From contig NC_043008.1 in assembly GCF_006345805.1 (NCBI RefSeq), positions 23,994,001 to 24,058,000 on the forward strand: a stretch of 64,000 nucleotides of DNA, read 5' to 3'. The translations under genes were made by a program, and so were the position numbers. How positions within the stretch are numbered: position 1 is the stretch's first letter; every line of letters starts with the position of its first letter. Below, in pieces: positions 12,945 through 26,041 of the stretch. The notes below the pieces were generated by a model, which saw only the letters and a list, made by a program, of their open reading frames with translations, was not told the origin of the DNA and did not search any database. Origin of the DNA: Octopus sinensis (Eukaryota).

Positions 12945-13593
12945 GTTATTATTATTGTTATTGTTATTATTATTGGTATTATTATTATTATTATTATTGT
13001 TATTGTTATTATTATTGTTATTGTTATTATTATTGGTATTATTATTATTATTATTATTGTTATTGTTATTATTATTGTTATTGTTGTTATTATTGTTATT
13101 GTTATTATTATTGGTATTATTATTATTATTATTATTATTATCATTATTATTATTGTTATTGTTATTATTATTGGTATTATTATTGGTATTATTATTATTA
13201 TTATTATTGTTATTGTTATTATTATTGTTATTGTTGTTATTATTGTTATTGTTATTATTATTGGTATTATTATTATTATTATTATTATTATCATTATTAT
13301 TATTGTTATTGTTATGATTATTGTTATTGTTATTATTATTGGTATTATTATTATTATTATTATTATTGTTATTGTTATTATTATTGTTATTGTTATTATT
13401 GTTATTGTTATTATTATTGGTATTATTATTATTATTACTATTATTATTATTATTGTTATTGTTATTATTATTGTTATTGTTATTATTATTGGTATTGTTA
13501 TTATTATTGGTATTATTATTATTATTATTATTATTATTGTTATTGTTATTGTTATTATTATTGTTATTGTTAATATTATTGTTATTATTATTG

Positions 13594-13639
<46 letters not shown>

Positions 13640-13655
13640 TATTATTATTGTTGTT
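12945..13655. repeat. Compound (TTA/TTG/GTA)n microsatellite with higher-order periods
   Basis: About 710 bp of ATT-based repeat; internal 60-bp and 150-bp duplications are visible. Confidence 0.95.
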
Positions 13656-13659
13656 GTCG

Positions 13660-16600
13660 CCACAGCAGGAGGTGTGTTTTTGGAGCGCTGTTAGTTTATG
13701 ACTAATTCACCTGTTCAAGAGGTTTATACTGTATTTTGTTTAAATCATTTTGCAAGCCAGCTGCCCGTCTGATGGGCTGACTTTGTTAACCAAAGCCTCA
13801 TTTTGGAGGTGATACGAACCTTTTTGTTATCAAATTTCTTAGAAAATTTGCTTCGGAGAAAGTAAACATTGAAGATGGTCACGAAAAGCGGGAGCGAGGA
13901 AGGAAGGTGATACGACAATTTGCACGAGGACTTCTCCGTCTTCCCCAGCATGATTGGCAGTAGACGGCAGGAGGAAAAGAAGGAAGAAGACGCAAGAAAA
14001 GAAGAAAGAAGATGCAAAGCAGAAAGAAAGCGAGAGGAAAGAAGGAATAAAGTCTTCATCGCTACATGCAAATTGGAGTAGCATGAAGGACAACACTGAG
14101 AGCAACTGCAGTGAAGAGTCTAACAAAAATGGAGTTACCGGCGGGAAAGAGACGTTTGCAAACATTACGGCACTTAAGGAATTGGTTAACATCTAATTGG
14201 AGAAAAAATAGAAAAAGTAAACAAGGCAGCAAAATATATGAAAATGAATGGATGGCGGGCAGAATTGATACTTCTAAGCGACGTGCTTCAAACAACAGCC
14301 AAACTGGCAGTTGTTTACAGATGCGCGAACACAAAGACAAGGAAACTCGAAAATGCTTAAACGCGACTAGGTGGGAAAAGCTTTGAAAGACATATGGCAG
14401 GATATTCACCAAATTGCGAGAGCGAGGCAGCACGGCGGAGTAGAAGTCCATTTTGAGACTGTGGAGCAGGCGACACAGAGCTCGGTGACCACGCGTCGCA
14501 CCGAGGAAATCGCCCTCTTCCCAACGTACATGGTAAGACGGGTGGTACGTATTACGGTACCTAGTGCTCCACCAAGCTTGGATTAATGGTGGATTCACGC
14601 CTGTATTTGTACGGACGGGCGAGAGAATCTCTTGGATGTTAAAAGATCGAGGAGAGAGAATTGGGTTGGGACTACCTTGGAGATTCTCCACGTGAAGCCA
14701 GAGTAGTTAGAGAAAGTCTTAGACCTGATTTCCCTCTCGAATGGAGTAAAACTAAGGGTGAACGTGGAGGGCAGAAGGCCGAGGTGCCATGATTGTGGTT
14801 CAACGGGCCACTTACGATTTTTTCTACCCACAGAACCAGAACAGAAGAGCAGAAAGAAATGTCCAAACGAAAAAAACACAACTCATGAGTCGACAAAAAC
14901 AACAAGGACAGCAACAGAAAGGCAACAACAATAGAAACAGAAACTGTTACAGTAAAGGTGGCAGTGGGAGTAGCACCAGCAGCGGTGGCGGAAGCTACAG
15001 TAGCTGAAGCAACAACAACAGCTACAAGAGAACCATAACAAACAACACCAGAAGTAAACATACAAAGCAGACTCCTCCACGCATCCAAGTGATGATGATG
15101 AGGAAGCCCAAAAGGAAAAAAGAAAGGCAAGAAAGAGATACAGAAAAAAGGGAGAAATGTAAGAAACGGCAAACACAGACACATTGAGGACATCATCAAC
15201 ATTACAAGCACCACAATCACCAACACCATCACAAACACTCACAGCAGAATCAAAAACGCAAAAAGAAAAATATCACTGCAACAACAACCATCCGCGCAGC
15301 AGCAGAATTTCGTGCTAGTGAGGAGAGCCAATGAAAAGCTGATGGCTCTCATAGCACAAAACGAAAAGATTGAAACAGAGGGGTTAATCTGCAGCCCCAC
15401 CACTTTTAGAGTACCGGAAAGCCTAATGATGGTGCGAATAACATTAGATATTTATGCGAGCATTAAGCTACCCGTATGACATTGGATCTCCCAGTGTAAC
15501 GGCTAGCAGATGGCTTTTAAGGGAGTTCCCAGAGGAACCTAACAAAAAAGAAATGGAGAACCACTCGACCACAAACTGCTCCAGGAGAGCAAGTGACATT
15601 ACCTTTTTCTTTCCCCTACTTCCTGATGAGCATGGAAGTTCTTAAAGTAGGTCGTATAAATGTACGTGGCCTGGGGGCATCGTGGAAGCAGGGACGCTTG
15701 CGCAACGATCTCAGGTGGCTAAGTCTGGATTTAATAGCCGTCAGTGAGACCAAGATCACGGACACACGGGCCTTGGCTCCCATTTTCGATGACTTTGAGA
15801 TTTTCGCATCTTTTAGTCGACCGGGAATGGGGAGTGGGGTAGCAGTGTTGTTCAGAAAAAGCCTGGATCTCGGTCGGTCTTTCTGGACCCGGTGGTCCTG
15901 GACGTGAACGATAACGAAGGCAGTGTTTTTAGACTGATCGCAGTGTACGCACCGACTGGAGTGGGTCAGCCAGAGTTCTTCAGACGCCTGGAGGCCTCCT
16001 TTCTAGAGACGTCTCACTCTTTAGTGTTAGTGGGCTATTGGAACGCCATTTTGGATGCACATGTAGATTGGGTGGGGTTAGCGGATAGGAGAGGTGCCCA
16101 AGCCTCGCAAACCTGCTTAGTCGTTTCTAGCTGCCGGACAGGTTCAGACTAGATTTCTTGAACACTCCAGTGTGGACGTGGGCAAACAGTGTCAGGTCAT
16201 ACAGATCTGATCTAGATAGGGTATTTTGTAGGCCAGCAGGCAGGAATAGCATGGGCTGTTCACAATTTGAATTCGTCACCTACACAGACCACAAATTTGT
16301 GATCTGTACGGTTGACCTAGATAGTCTTCATAAACAGAGACCCGGATACTGGAAGCTGAACGCATCCTTCCCGGCGCGTCAAGCTTACAGAGACCGGCTT
16401 AGCAAGTTAGTTCATAGAAAGTTAACAGGTGCAATCGTCAACAACCGATGGTGGTATGGGGGGTCCTAAAATGGATTATTAGATTAGAAGCTGTAGAATT
16501 TAGCAGAAAACTAACGATAGAGAAGACTAGAGTAGAGGAAGACCTAGTTAGGAAATTAGAAGAGGCTCTAACGTACTGGCAGCGAAATTAGTTCTTAACC

Positions 16601-18528
16601 AATTCTTCAACATCAAGCATGAAGGGTGCATTGTGAGAGCTAGGGTGCGTGCTTTGAAGCAGGAGGGAACGAAGGTCATCCGTGGACCCAGGTGGCCTGT
16701 ATGCCGTAGCATGTTGTGCGAAGTGCCTATAACAGCTGTTGCAGGAGGAGAGGTCTCCGGAATTGGCTGGTGTGCGGGATTGGATGGTCTCCGGGATTGG
16801 ATGGTATCCGGGATTGGATGGTGAAGCGCAGACTTGCGCTATCTCCAGGAAAATTATACATGACAGCCTCCACCTCACGCAATACATCATAGAGAGGGTT
16901 GGTAAAGAACCTGGCAGGGGTGGGTCGCTGATCCATTTGGATCAATCAAAAGCTTTTGATAAGGTACTTGGAGGCTGTCTCCAAGGCGACTGGTTTTGGT
17001 CCCATTTTTAGAGGCTGGATCGCTGCAATGTACAATGTGCAATGTTCGGTGGTCAAAGGAAATGACAACCTTTCGGAATCATTTAGTATCACACGTTCGG
17101 TACGTCAAGGTGCCCACTTTCACTCCTTCTCTATGTACTGGCACTCAAGCCATTACTGCAGGAGCTGGAGGTTTCGAGGAGCATCCCGCGTGAACTGGGA
17201 TGCGGAAGGTTCGCGTCAGTGTATGCAGACGACGTCACCGTGATAGTGTGGGACATCCCGGAAATCGAGATGGTCGGCACTACTCTAACGGAATACGAAG
17301 CGGTGACAGGGACAATGACCAACCAGAAGCCAGTGGGCCTGCAGCTCGGCACCTGGAGAGACAGATCCATGCCAACTGACAGCATTGTGAGGCGCTGGAC
17401 GGAAGAACCTGTTAAATTGTCAGACGATGCATTTGCTGTCAGCACCCGTTGCATGCCGTGGCTAAGGATGTGCAGACATGCGCTGAGTCCGTGCCATCTC
17501 CAGCAATACCTTAACCGTGAGCAAGTGTGGTCGCTGTTTGGTGAACGCGCTTTTCCATAGCTTGTCTCCTTGACGGAGCTACAATCCTGGATCAGGCGTA
17601 GACCGAGGCAGGACGCTTCGCACCTCGAGTGTCTCCAAGCGTTCACAGCCTTCGACCAGTCGGGTAATGCGGTCGTTGGAAGCTCCATCTTGGAGTTCTC
17701 TAGGGGATTAGTAGTTGGCAAGAGATGAAGTACTCGGAAAGGTCCTGGGCATCTAGGGGATCAAATGGCTGGTCTCTTCCGGAGACTTTTGGCCCGAGAA
17801 CTATAGATAACTTCCAGAAATCCCTAGCCTGGCAATGCTACCGGGGGTGCTGCCGATTCGAGATAAGCTCTGCAGGCACGGGTGTGCAGTCAGTCGGGGT
17901 TGTCCGAGATGGACATGGAGCGATGAAATCGTTCTGCATGCTCTCATACAGTGTTCCCGCATTGCTGACTTGTGGAGCTTTGTCGAACAGTTATTGTCAC
18001 GTGTTGGACGGATCCGGCTATCGTCCGAGTCCATTGTGAAGATCACCCCGCCTCCTTCCTTTGGCCGGGAAGAGAGGGCAATTTTTCTCTGTCTGGCTAT
18101 GGCAAAAGAGGTTCTGCGGTGGACGCGATTGAAAGGCCTCATTGACTTTTTCAGGTTCTACCTAAAAAGGAAAGTGAGGTTGGAGTGGGAGGTACTGTCA
18201 CCCAGTTAGTTCGTTGAAAGATGAGTGAATGGGGCAAGAATGGTCCGCGTGAATGGGCCTACTCTAACTGTTTGCCTGTAGGCCGGATGGAAGGGAGAAG
18301 AGAGGCTGCCTTCCTGAGGAGCAGTTGGTGTTAAGGGATCCAAAGTGTGTGAGGTCTCTTTAGTCGCCTTACGGTGGAACTATCCCTGTTAAGGAAGCAT
18401 ATTATTTATTTCATCGCTTTGTTAATCGTTGTGCTTGTTTGCTAATTATATGTTTAACAACACTGTCTCTCGTCTGTGTATCACCCTCTATTATGCATTG
18501 TGTTCGACCCTGGAGGCCAGTAAAGAAT
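13660..18528 (+). mobile_element. Near-full-length decayed Tx1/L1-like LINE (ORF1, low-complexity linker, APE-RT-CCHC ORF2)
   Basis: APE KVGRINVRGL...LIAVSETK, LIAVYAP and YTDHKFV; RT HLDQSKAFD, VRQG and YADDVTV; C-terminal CPR...HALIQC. Flanked by (TTA)n on both sides. Confidence 0.88.
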
Positions 18529-18553
18529 TATTATATTATTATTATTATTATTA

Positions 18554-18585
<32 letters not shown>

Positions 18586-18587
<2 letters not shown>

Positions 18588-18780
18588 GAATCGTTAAGCG
18601 CGCCGGGCGAAATGCTTATTTCGTCTGCCGCTACGCTCTGAGTTCAAATTAATCCGAGGCCAACTTTGCTTTTCATCCTTTCGGGGTCGATAAATTAAGT
18701 ACCAGTGAAACACTGGGGGTCGATGCAATCGACTGTCCTCCTCCCCGTAAATTTGAGGCCTTGTGCCTCCAATAGAAAGG
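18586..18780 (+). mobile_element. tRNA-derived SINE
   Basis: AGAATCGTTAAGCGCGCCGGGCGAAATG...GAGTTCAAAT...CCTTTCGGGGTCGATAAATTAAGTACCAG; same family as 4391-5270. Confidence 0.85.
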
Positions 18781-18782
18781 GT

Positions 18783-19658
18783 TTATTTAGTAGTTTTATT
18801 TTCATCACTTGCTTTTACTGCACTACCGAGCGCAGCCTCCTGTACCTTGGGCATGTGCTGCGGCTTGCTGTGATGCTCTTATGGTTACTGAATTGAAAGC
18901 GTTATACGTAGGATGTGTGCAGTGCCTGGTAGTGCTATTTTATGTATGTTATAGATATTTGTTAGTCCTGGTGTTTTTGTTATGTATTTGTCTGAATATT
19001 TTTTTATCATACCTAATGCGCCCACTATGATACGAATCGTTTCTGTTTTTAAACTCCACATTCGAGTTACCTCTATTTGCAGGCCTTTGTATTTTGAAAG
19101 TTTCTCCATTTCTTTTAGAGAAACGTAATCATGTGTTATTATTGATACATCAATTAGAAAGCAGTTTTTTCTCCACGATCTCTGACAACTATATCTGGCC
19201 TATTGGCCTTAATTTCTCTATTTGGGTGTATAGGCATATCTGGCCTTTTCTGGTGTGTGCTTATACCATCTTTTTTCTGTTGTTATTCCATAGTGTTGGC
19301 ATAGCTCCCAGTGTATGCTTGGCACATGACACGTTTATCTGACATGCTAAAGAGAACTGGATGCGGATACAACTGTTACGGCAAAACAATCAACAACCTC
19401 TTATATGTGGCTGTACGATACAAATGATAAACAGCTGGAAACATTACTACAGACAGTATATGGATTTACCAAAGAAATAAATATGAAATTTCGTTGAAAA
19501 AAATACACTGTTGTTTCTTCTTCTTCTTCTTCTTCTTCTTCTTCTTCTTCTTCTTCTTCTTCTTCTTCTTCTTCTTCTTCTTCTTCTTCTTCTTCTTCTT
19601 CTTCTTCTTCTTCTTCTTCTTCTCTTCTTCTTCTTCTTCTTCTTCTTCTTCTTCTCTT

Positions 19659-19689
<31 letters not shown>

Positions 19690-21621
19690 GTCGTTAGGTA
19701 GTATGACTTTTTGTTCATATTTGTCAGCTTCCTTAAAGACTGAAAACAGTTTTTTGTTTTGTTTGTGTTTTGTGGTTATTTGTATTAGTTTTCCTTTTTT
19801 CCAAACTTTTATTTTTGTAGTCCTATGATGGTTATTTTGTAATAGTTTTCTAGCTGTATAAGGCTGTATACCTTCGATACGTTGTATATATAACCATTCT
19901 ATGTCAGATTTTGTGTTTTTGTATCTTATTATTTTTCTTGTTTTCCTGTCTATTTTTATTAGTTCATTTAGTGTCCAGTTAAATATATTGAAGCTGTAAC
20001 TTATAACTGGGACAGCTAGAGTATTAATGCTTATCACCTTGTTTATCGCTTTGAGCTCTGTTTTCAGTATTAATCTAACTCGTCTATAGTATTCTTTTTT
20101 TTATTTTCTCTTTCATTTGTGTGTGTTGTATCTAGTTTATTGATTCCTAAGTCTGGCTTTGGTCTAATTCTCTTATTTCATTTGCTTTATCTAGTGTGAT
20201 GTTGCCACTCTTAAATAGTTTTCCTCTTTTCAAGGTTGCTTTGGCACATTTTCCTAAGCCAAATTTCATATTTATTTCTTTGGTAAATCCATGTACTGTC
20301 TGTAGTAATGTTTCCCGCTGTTTATCATTTGTGGCGTACAATTTTAGATCATCCATATATACGAGGTGGCTAATTGTTTTGCAGTAACAGTTGTATCCAG
20401 ATTAAGGTGTCAGTGCCAAGCAGAAAAGGAGTGGAGAGAGCGTGTCACCCTGGAATATTCCTCTTCTAATGGGGATGGCTTTGGTTTTTATTGTCCCTCT
20501 TTTGTCTGGAGTTATAACACTGTCTACCATTTATTCATAGAATGTGTTATATATTTTATGATTATTGGTGCTACCTTGTTCATGACTAGTATTTCTAGGA
20601 CCCATGTTTGAGGAATACTATCGAAAGCCTTTCGGTAATCGATCCCGGCCATATTTAGACACTTCTTCTTCTGCGGCTGTCTTCCGTTTTGGCTTTATTG
20701 ATCATTAGCGATCTTTACAACCGTATGGGCCCTGGCAGCATCCTTCCTGCTCTTTTGGAAACAGGTTGTTTTCTTCCTGATGCTTACTCATTGCCTGTGG
20801 CATTATTGCAGTAATGGCTTTGTAAATTGTAGGGGGACAAGTTATTGGTCTGCAATTTTGTGGGTTTGCCCCAAATTAGGATAGTTTTCTGTTAGGAATT
20901 AAGATAGTTTTCCCTTCCGTGAGCCATTCAGGAATTGTCTCTGGCTCTGCTAGTATTTCATTAAATTTCTCAGCTAGCTTTTTATGTGTTCCTGTCTGGC
21001 ATTTTAACCAGAAGTTGGGGATCTTCCAATTGTATAGTTTCTACAGTGCATGAGTGACCTCTTCAATTGTCATAAGGGTCCAGAGTTGTTCAGATGCTGA
21101 GTTCGTTATTTTGATAGACCTTTTCTGAGGTTGTTTCTTCACCGTCCATATTTCTTTCCAAAATTGTTCCACTTAATCTACTGTTGGTGCTGCATTGATG
21201 TCTATTTTATTTTTGCCAAGTTTTTGGTAGAATCTTTTTGGTTGGAGTTGAACTGTTTGTTTCGTTCAAAGAAAAGCTGGCGTTTCTCATACCAGTGGAT
21301 TCTTTGTGGTTTGGCGAGGATATATTCTTCTGTAATTTTGTATTTACGTAGTATTTTGTTCTCTTCTTGTTACTTAGTAGTGTTGAGTATCTACTAGTTT
21401 CGTTAAGGATTGACAGGTTTTTTTCTCTTGTTTTCTATTTTTTCTGGATATTATTTATCCACAGTGTTTGTCTGGGTGATGGTACTCCTGTTTGGATGGG
21501 TCTGAGGAAGTATCCTGCTTCTTCCGTGACCACAGCGGCTGCTGCATATATTATATCATTCAGCCTGGTCATTTTGACATTTTTTCTGTGGCTATTAGTT
21601 CTGTGACGGCCAGGTTCATGC

Positions 21622-21625
<4 letters not shown>
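18783..21625 (-). mobile_element. R4/Dong subfamily A copy, 5'-truncated and rearranged
   Basis: RT YMDDLKLY (20330-20360), endonuclease KLSKYKGLQIEVTRMWSLK and the subfamily A 3' UTR. Bounded by (TTA)n at its 5' side. Confidence 0.9.
19513..19688. repeat. (TTC)n tract inside the Dong ORF
   Basis: Sits at the position of the short E-rich GAA codon run seen at 35448-35475. Confidence 0.95.
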
Positions 21626-21681
<56 letters not shown>

Positions 21682-21780
21682 TATATTATTATTATATATT
21701 ATTATTATTATTATTATTATATTATTATTATTTATTATTATATATTATTTTATTATTATTATTATATTATTATTATTATC
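21626..21780. repeat. (TTA)n microsatellite between Dong copies
   Basis: Direct inspection. Confidence 0.95.
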
Positions 21781-22640
21781 AGTAGTTTTATTTTATAGCG
21801 TGCTTTCACTTCACTACCGAACGCAGCTCTGTGTGCCTTAGGTATGTGATGTGATTTGTTGTGATGCTCTGATGGTTATTGTATGGAAAGTGTTCTGCGT
21901 AGGATGTGTGCAGTGCCTAGTAGTGCAGTTTTCTGTATGTTATATGTGTTTGTAAGTCCTGGTGTTTTTATTATGTATTTGTCTGAATATTTTTTATCAT
22001 GCCTAATGCACCTACTATGATAGGAATTGTTTTTGTTTTTAGATTCCACATTCTGATTACCTCTATTTCCAGGTCTTTGTATTTTGAAAGTTTCTCCATT
22101 TCTTTTAGAGACACGTTGTCATCTGCCGGTATTGATACATCAATTAGAAAGCATTTTTTCTTCATGATCTCTGACAACTATATCTGGTCTGTTGGCCTTA
22201 ATTTCTCTATCTGTGTGTATCGGCATATCCCAGAGTATGGTTGCTTTCTCGTTTTCTGTGACCTTTTCTGGTGTGTGCCTATACCATCTTTTTTCTGTTG
22301 TTATTTCATAATGTTGGCATAGCTTCCAGTGTATATAGGTTCCAACTCTGTCATGTCTGCGAATATATTCCTTCTTAGCCAGGACTGGGCAGCCAGAGAT
22401 AATATGATTTATTGTTTCTTGCCCATCTCCACATATTCTGCAGTTACTTGTTATATTTCTTTTCATTACATGTTTTTGGTAATTTCTGGTGGGGAGGCTT
22501 TGGTCTTGTGCTGCAATTAAAAATTCCTCTGTATCTGCTTTGAGCCTGAGCTTTTCAACCATTGCTGGGATTTTTCTTTGTCTATTTCTTTTGCGTTTAG
22601 TTTAGTCCAGTATTTACCATGAAGGGGCTTTTCTTGCCAT
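21781..22640 (-). mobile_element. R4/Dong subfamily A 3' fragment (CCHC, REL endonuclease, 3' UTR)
   Basis: CRICGDGQETINH and RPDIVVRDHEEK..LIDVSIPADD; very similar to 26271-27140 and 35540-36408. Confidence 0.92.
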
Positions 22641-22659
22641 TATTATTATTATTATTATA

Positions 22660-22726
<67 letters not shown>
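22641..22726. repeat. (TTA)n microsatellite
   Basis: Direct inspection. Confidence 0.95.
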
Positions 22727-22727
<1 letters not shown>

Positions 22728-23122
22728 GCTTGGCTTTTGCTTTGAATTAGTACAAGTTGATACGAACTCTCAAACAGAGACTTCACGAGACAAGTTTGAA
22801 GTTCAAGTTGATGTTACAACTAGGGTGCCATATATTTGGTTTTACACAAAGTATTGGTCAAGAGAATGCTTGTGAAAACATAAGAATATTAGAAGTTTGT
22901 TCTACAAGTAATTCCATTATAAGATAATAGTGTGATGTTAAGATGACAGTAAAAGCTCTTGGAAACTGCTCCTAATGCTCCAATTATCACCGGTGTCATC
23001 ATTACTTTCTTCATGCCCCATAACTTTCCTATCTCGTCCATCAGTGGCTGGTATTTTTCACTCTTTCTGTTCCGTACATTTAAGGTTTTTTGATACTGTT
23101 CACAGATTAAAATGCTTTGGGG
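22727..23122 (-). mobile_element. Dong 3' end mosaic (subfamily C-like REL coding end with a subfamily B-like 3' UTR)
   Basis: EKYQPLMDEIGKLWGMKKVMMTPVIIGALG; 22727-22930 resembles 29573-29780. Confidence 0.7.
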
Positions 23123-23172
<50 letters not shown>

Positions 23173-23585
23173 GTTTTTTTCCTTCTTTCTTCAAATATTC
23201 TTCCGTTTCTCGCCGAGTGTTTTCCATACTCCTAGGGCAGAGAAGCTCATTGTATGCATTCCCAGATTATACACGCAAATTCACAGATAAAAAATGTATT
23301 TAAAAATTAATAAATAAATTAATTCATGGATGGATGTTGTTTTCACAGCGATAATGCTCTTCTCAGTACATGAGCCGTTCCAGTTAATACGATTTTTGCA
23401 CCTCCTGGAATCATTTTCAAATAGGTTTCAGTACCTTTTGTTATCATTCCTAGAGATACTACAATCACTGGTACTGTAGTCGCCTTGAGATGCCCCATTT
23501 TTTCAATTTCTATTAGCAAGTCTTTATATTTACAAATCTTGTCAAATTCTTTCGCCGCTATATTGTGATCGCAAGGGATACTCAT
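23173..23585 (-). mobile_element. R4/Dong subfamily D REL endonuclease end and 3' UTR
   Basis: SIPCDHNIAAKEFDKICKYKDLLIEIEKM...GTAHVLRRALSL followed by a UTR and (AAT)n. Confidence 0.75.
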
Positions 23586-25470
23586 GCTCCAATTATCACC
23601 GGTGTCATCATTACTTTCTTCATGCCCCATAACTTTCCTATCACGTCCATCAGTGGCTGGTATTTCTCACTCTTTCTGTTTCCTTATATTTTACCCTCGA
23701 ATCGCCTGGTATGCAAACATCTATCTATTATCTTTGCTGCTTTTTCATCTTTATAGATGATCACGATATCTTGCCGCCTCGCCTCTATGACTTAGTTGTA
23801 CCGTATGTTAAAATTCCAGAGTATTTTGTAATGCTCATACCATTGTTCGGCTCTCTCGAGGTTTGCTTTATCGCACAACAGCCAGTAGACATAGCTGGCC
23901 ACATTGTCGTGTCTCCTTTTGTACTCGTGTTGTACGAACTTAGAGCACTCACTAACAATATGGCTTATACTTTCTCCCTTCTCAGAGCAGATCCTGTATT
24001 ATGATGATTCAGTGCTTTTATCAATGTGATATTTGGAGCAGTTCGTTCTGAGAACTTGTTTTTGAGCGATGCACACTAATGCCTCAGTGGTCTCTTTTAA
24101 GTCTCCTTTCTGCTGTCATTGCCAGATTCTGTTCCAATCAATCTCATCTTTATTCTTCAAGAACTGACTGTGCATTTTCTTGTCCTGCCAAATTTTCTTC
24201 ATCTAGTCTTCTTAAATCGTGTTGGATCTACGGCTTCGTTCATTTCTAAGGTCCCCTGCATTTTCCTTGCTTCAATAATTTCTTCTTCACTCCTCTTGAC
24301 ATACCAAGCCAGGCTGTTCTCCTCTTCCCTTAGACAACCTTCACAATACACCAATCCCCGTTCTTCTTCTTTCGTCTTTACACACAACCTTGACACATCA
24401 CTCTTGGGTGTAGTTCCTTGTTCAGTATCATTAATTTACGTGTTCTCCGGTCTATCTCTTGTAATTCATTCTTCTTCCTGCCCAATATTTCATCAAAGCA
24501 ACCGCCCACGCGTTAATTGATTTAATCTTATAGCAACCATTTAGCTTCGATTGGAGCACAAGCCGAATTCTCAAATACTCTTTCCTGTACATTTCTTTCA
24601 TCTTGTATTCATTCATCTTATCTCTTTCAATGAAACCCAGGTAATTATATCCTTCCTCTCCGACTTCTTTTAAAGTTTCGCCACTTTCCAGCTTGATCGA
24701 ATTGCTTTTACTGATTCTCCCTCTTTTGAGAATCATTACACCACATTTCTCGATCCCATATTCCATGCCAATATCTTTGCTAATCATCTGTACAGTTGCC
24801 GTCAAACTCAATTTCTTTCTCAGTCTTAGCAAATATCTTTAAGTCATCCATAAACCACAGGTTGTTTACTTTCACCCTGCCTAGCATGTACCCCACACGC
24901 AATTCTCCTGTGCAGAGCTGTCTAGTTTTCAAGCCAAAAGCCCTGAACCCCATCTGGGCCAGGCGCTTTCCAGTTAGGAATTATCCTGCACTGTTCCCTA
25001 ATCATCTCCTCGGTTATGCTCAAATTCTCCTGCCGATACACTCCACTCTCCTCTTTGAGTGTTGTTTCTCTTGAGACCATATGTTTGCCCAGAATCTTTT
25101 GCTTTCTTCAGCAGCCGGAACAGCCTTTTAACCTTTTTCTTTCCTGTCCAGTTCCTGACAGACTCGTTTCTAATTTTGTTCGAAATGTCTATTTAATCTG
25201 TATTGCTCAATTCTCTGTTCTTATCTTTTTAAGTTATGTGCTTTTAACTCCTCAATCACAACATTAATTCCCTTTCTCTTCACCCTATACTTCCTCTCTT
25301 GCTCAACATATTTCTCTCGCTGAACTTCTTTCTTTTTTTCCGTTCCAGAATATTAATATATTTTCTGGTCTCGTTAATAGACTGCGTTATTCTCCTTTTC
25401 CACCATGGTTCCTTCAGGTTATTTTGACATTTACCTTTGGCTTTCAAACCTAACTTATTATTAACATTAT
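23586..25470 (-). mobile_element. Decayed R4/Dong subfamily C (RT to REL)
   Basis: LWFMDDLK (RT), IGMEYGIEKCGVM, MSRLCVKTKEEERGL and CRMCG-type region; many stops and frameshifts. Confidence 0.8.
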
Positions 25471-25489
25471 TATTATTATTAATATTATT

Positions 25490-26041
25490 GAGTGAGAGAG
25501 CAGTGCATGCCATCAAAGTGACACTGGGGTAAAATATACGAGGCCCAGTATACCCATCATGACTACCCGTCTGATAAGAGTACACTAGGCACATGCATCA
25601 CAACCAAATGTGCATGACATGGTGATCTCATATCAAGATAAACAGCGCATGACCTTGCAGGTGGGGCTCAGTTAGAATTTTCTTCAGGTCGAGTAGCCCA
25701 TCCTGCTCAAAAGGTCCCTGAATAAGGGTTGCTTTAGAATGTTGAACGAAACACCCATGTTTCTAGAGGTGAATTATTCAAACCCCAAAGAATCCCTCTC
25801 AACACATGGCTATGATGCTCCCCCACTACTTCTACTTGTGGTCAGAGATGCACATATTGTCAGCCAATAAGGGATATGCTCAACTGGTTAAGGTCAAACA
25901 ACTGACAAGCAAATCAGTGGTATTGAGCAGAATATTTGCTGTAGACCATCTTTTATACCAAGACAAAACAATGGACATGATAACACTTCCAATCAGTTAA
26001 GATCAGGAGCCATGAGAGCCTCTGCCTGGTACTGCATCAGG

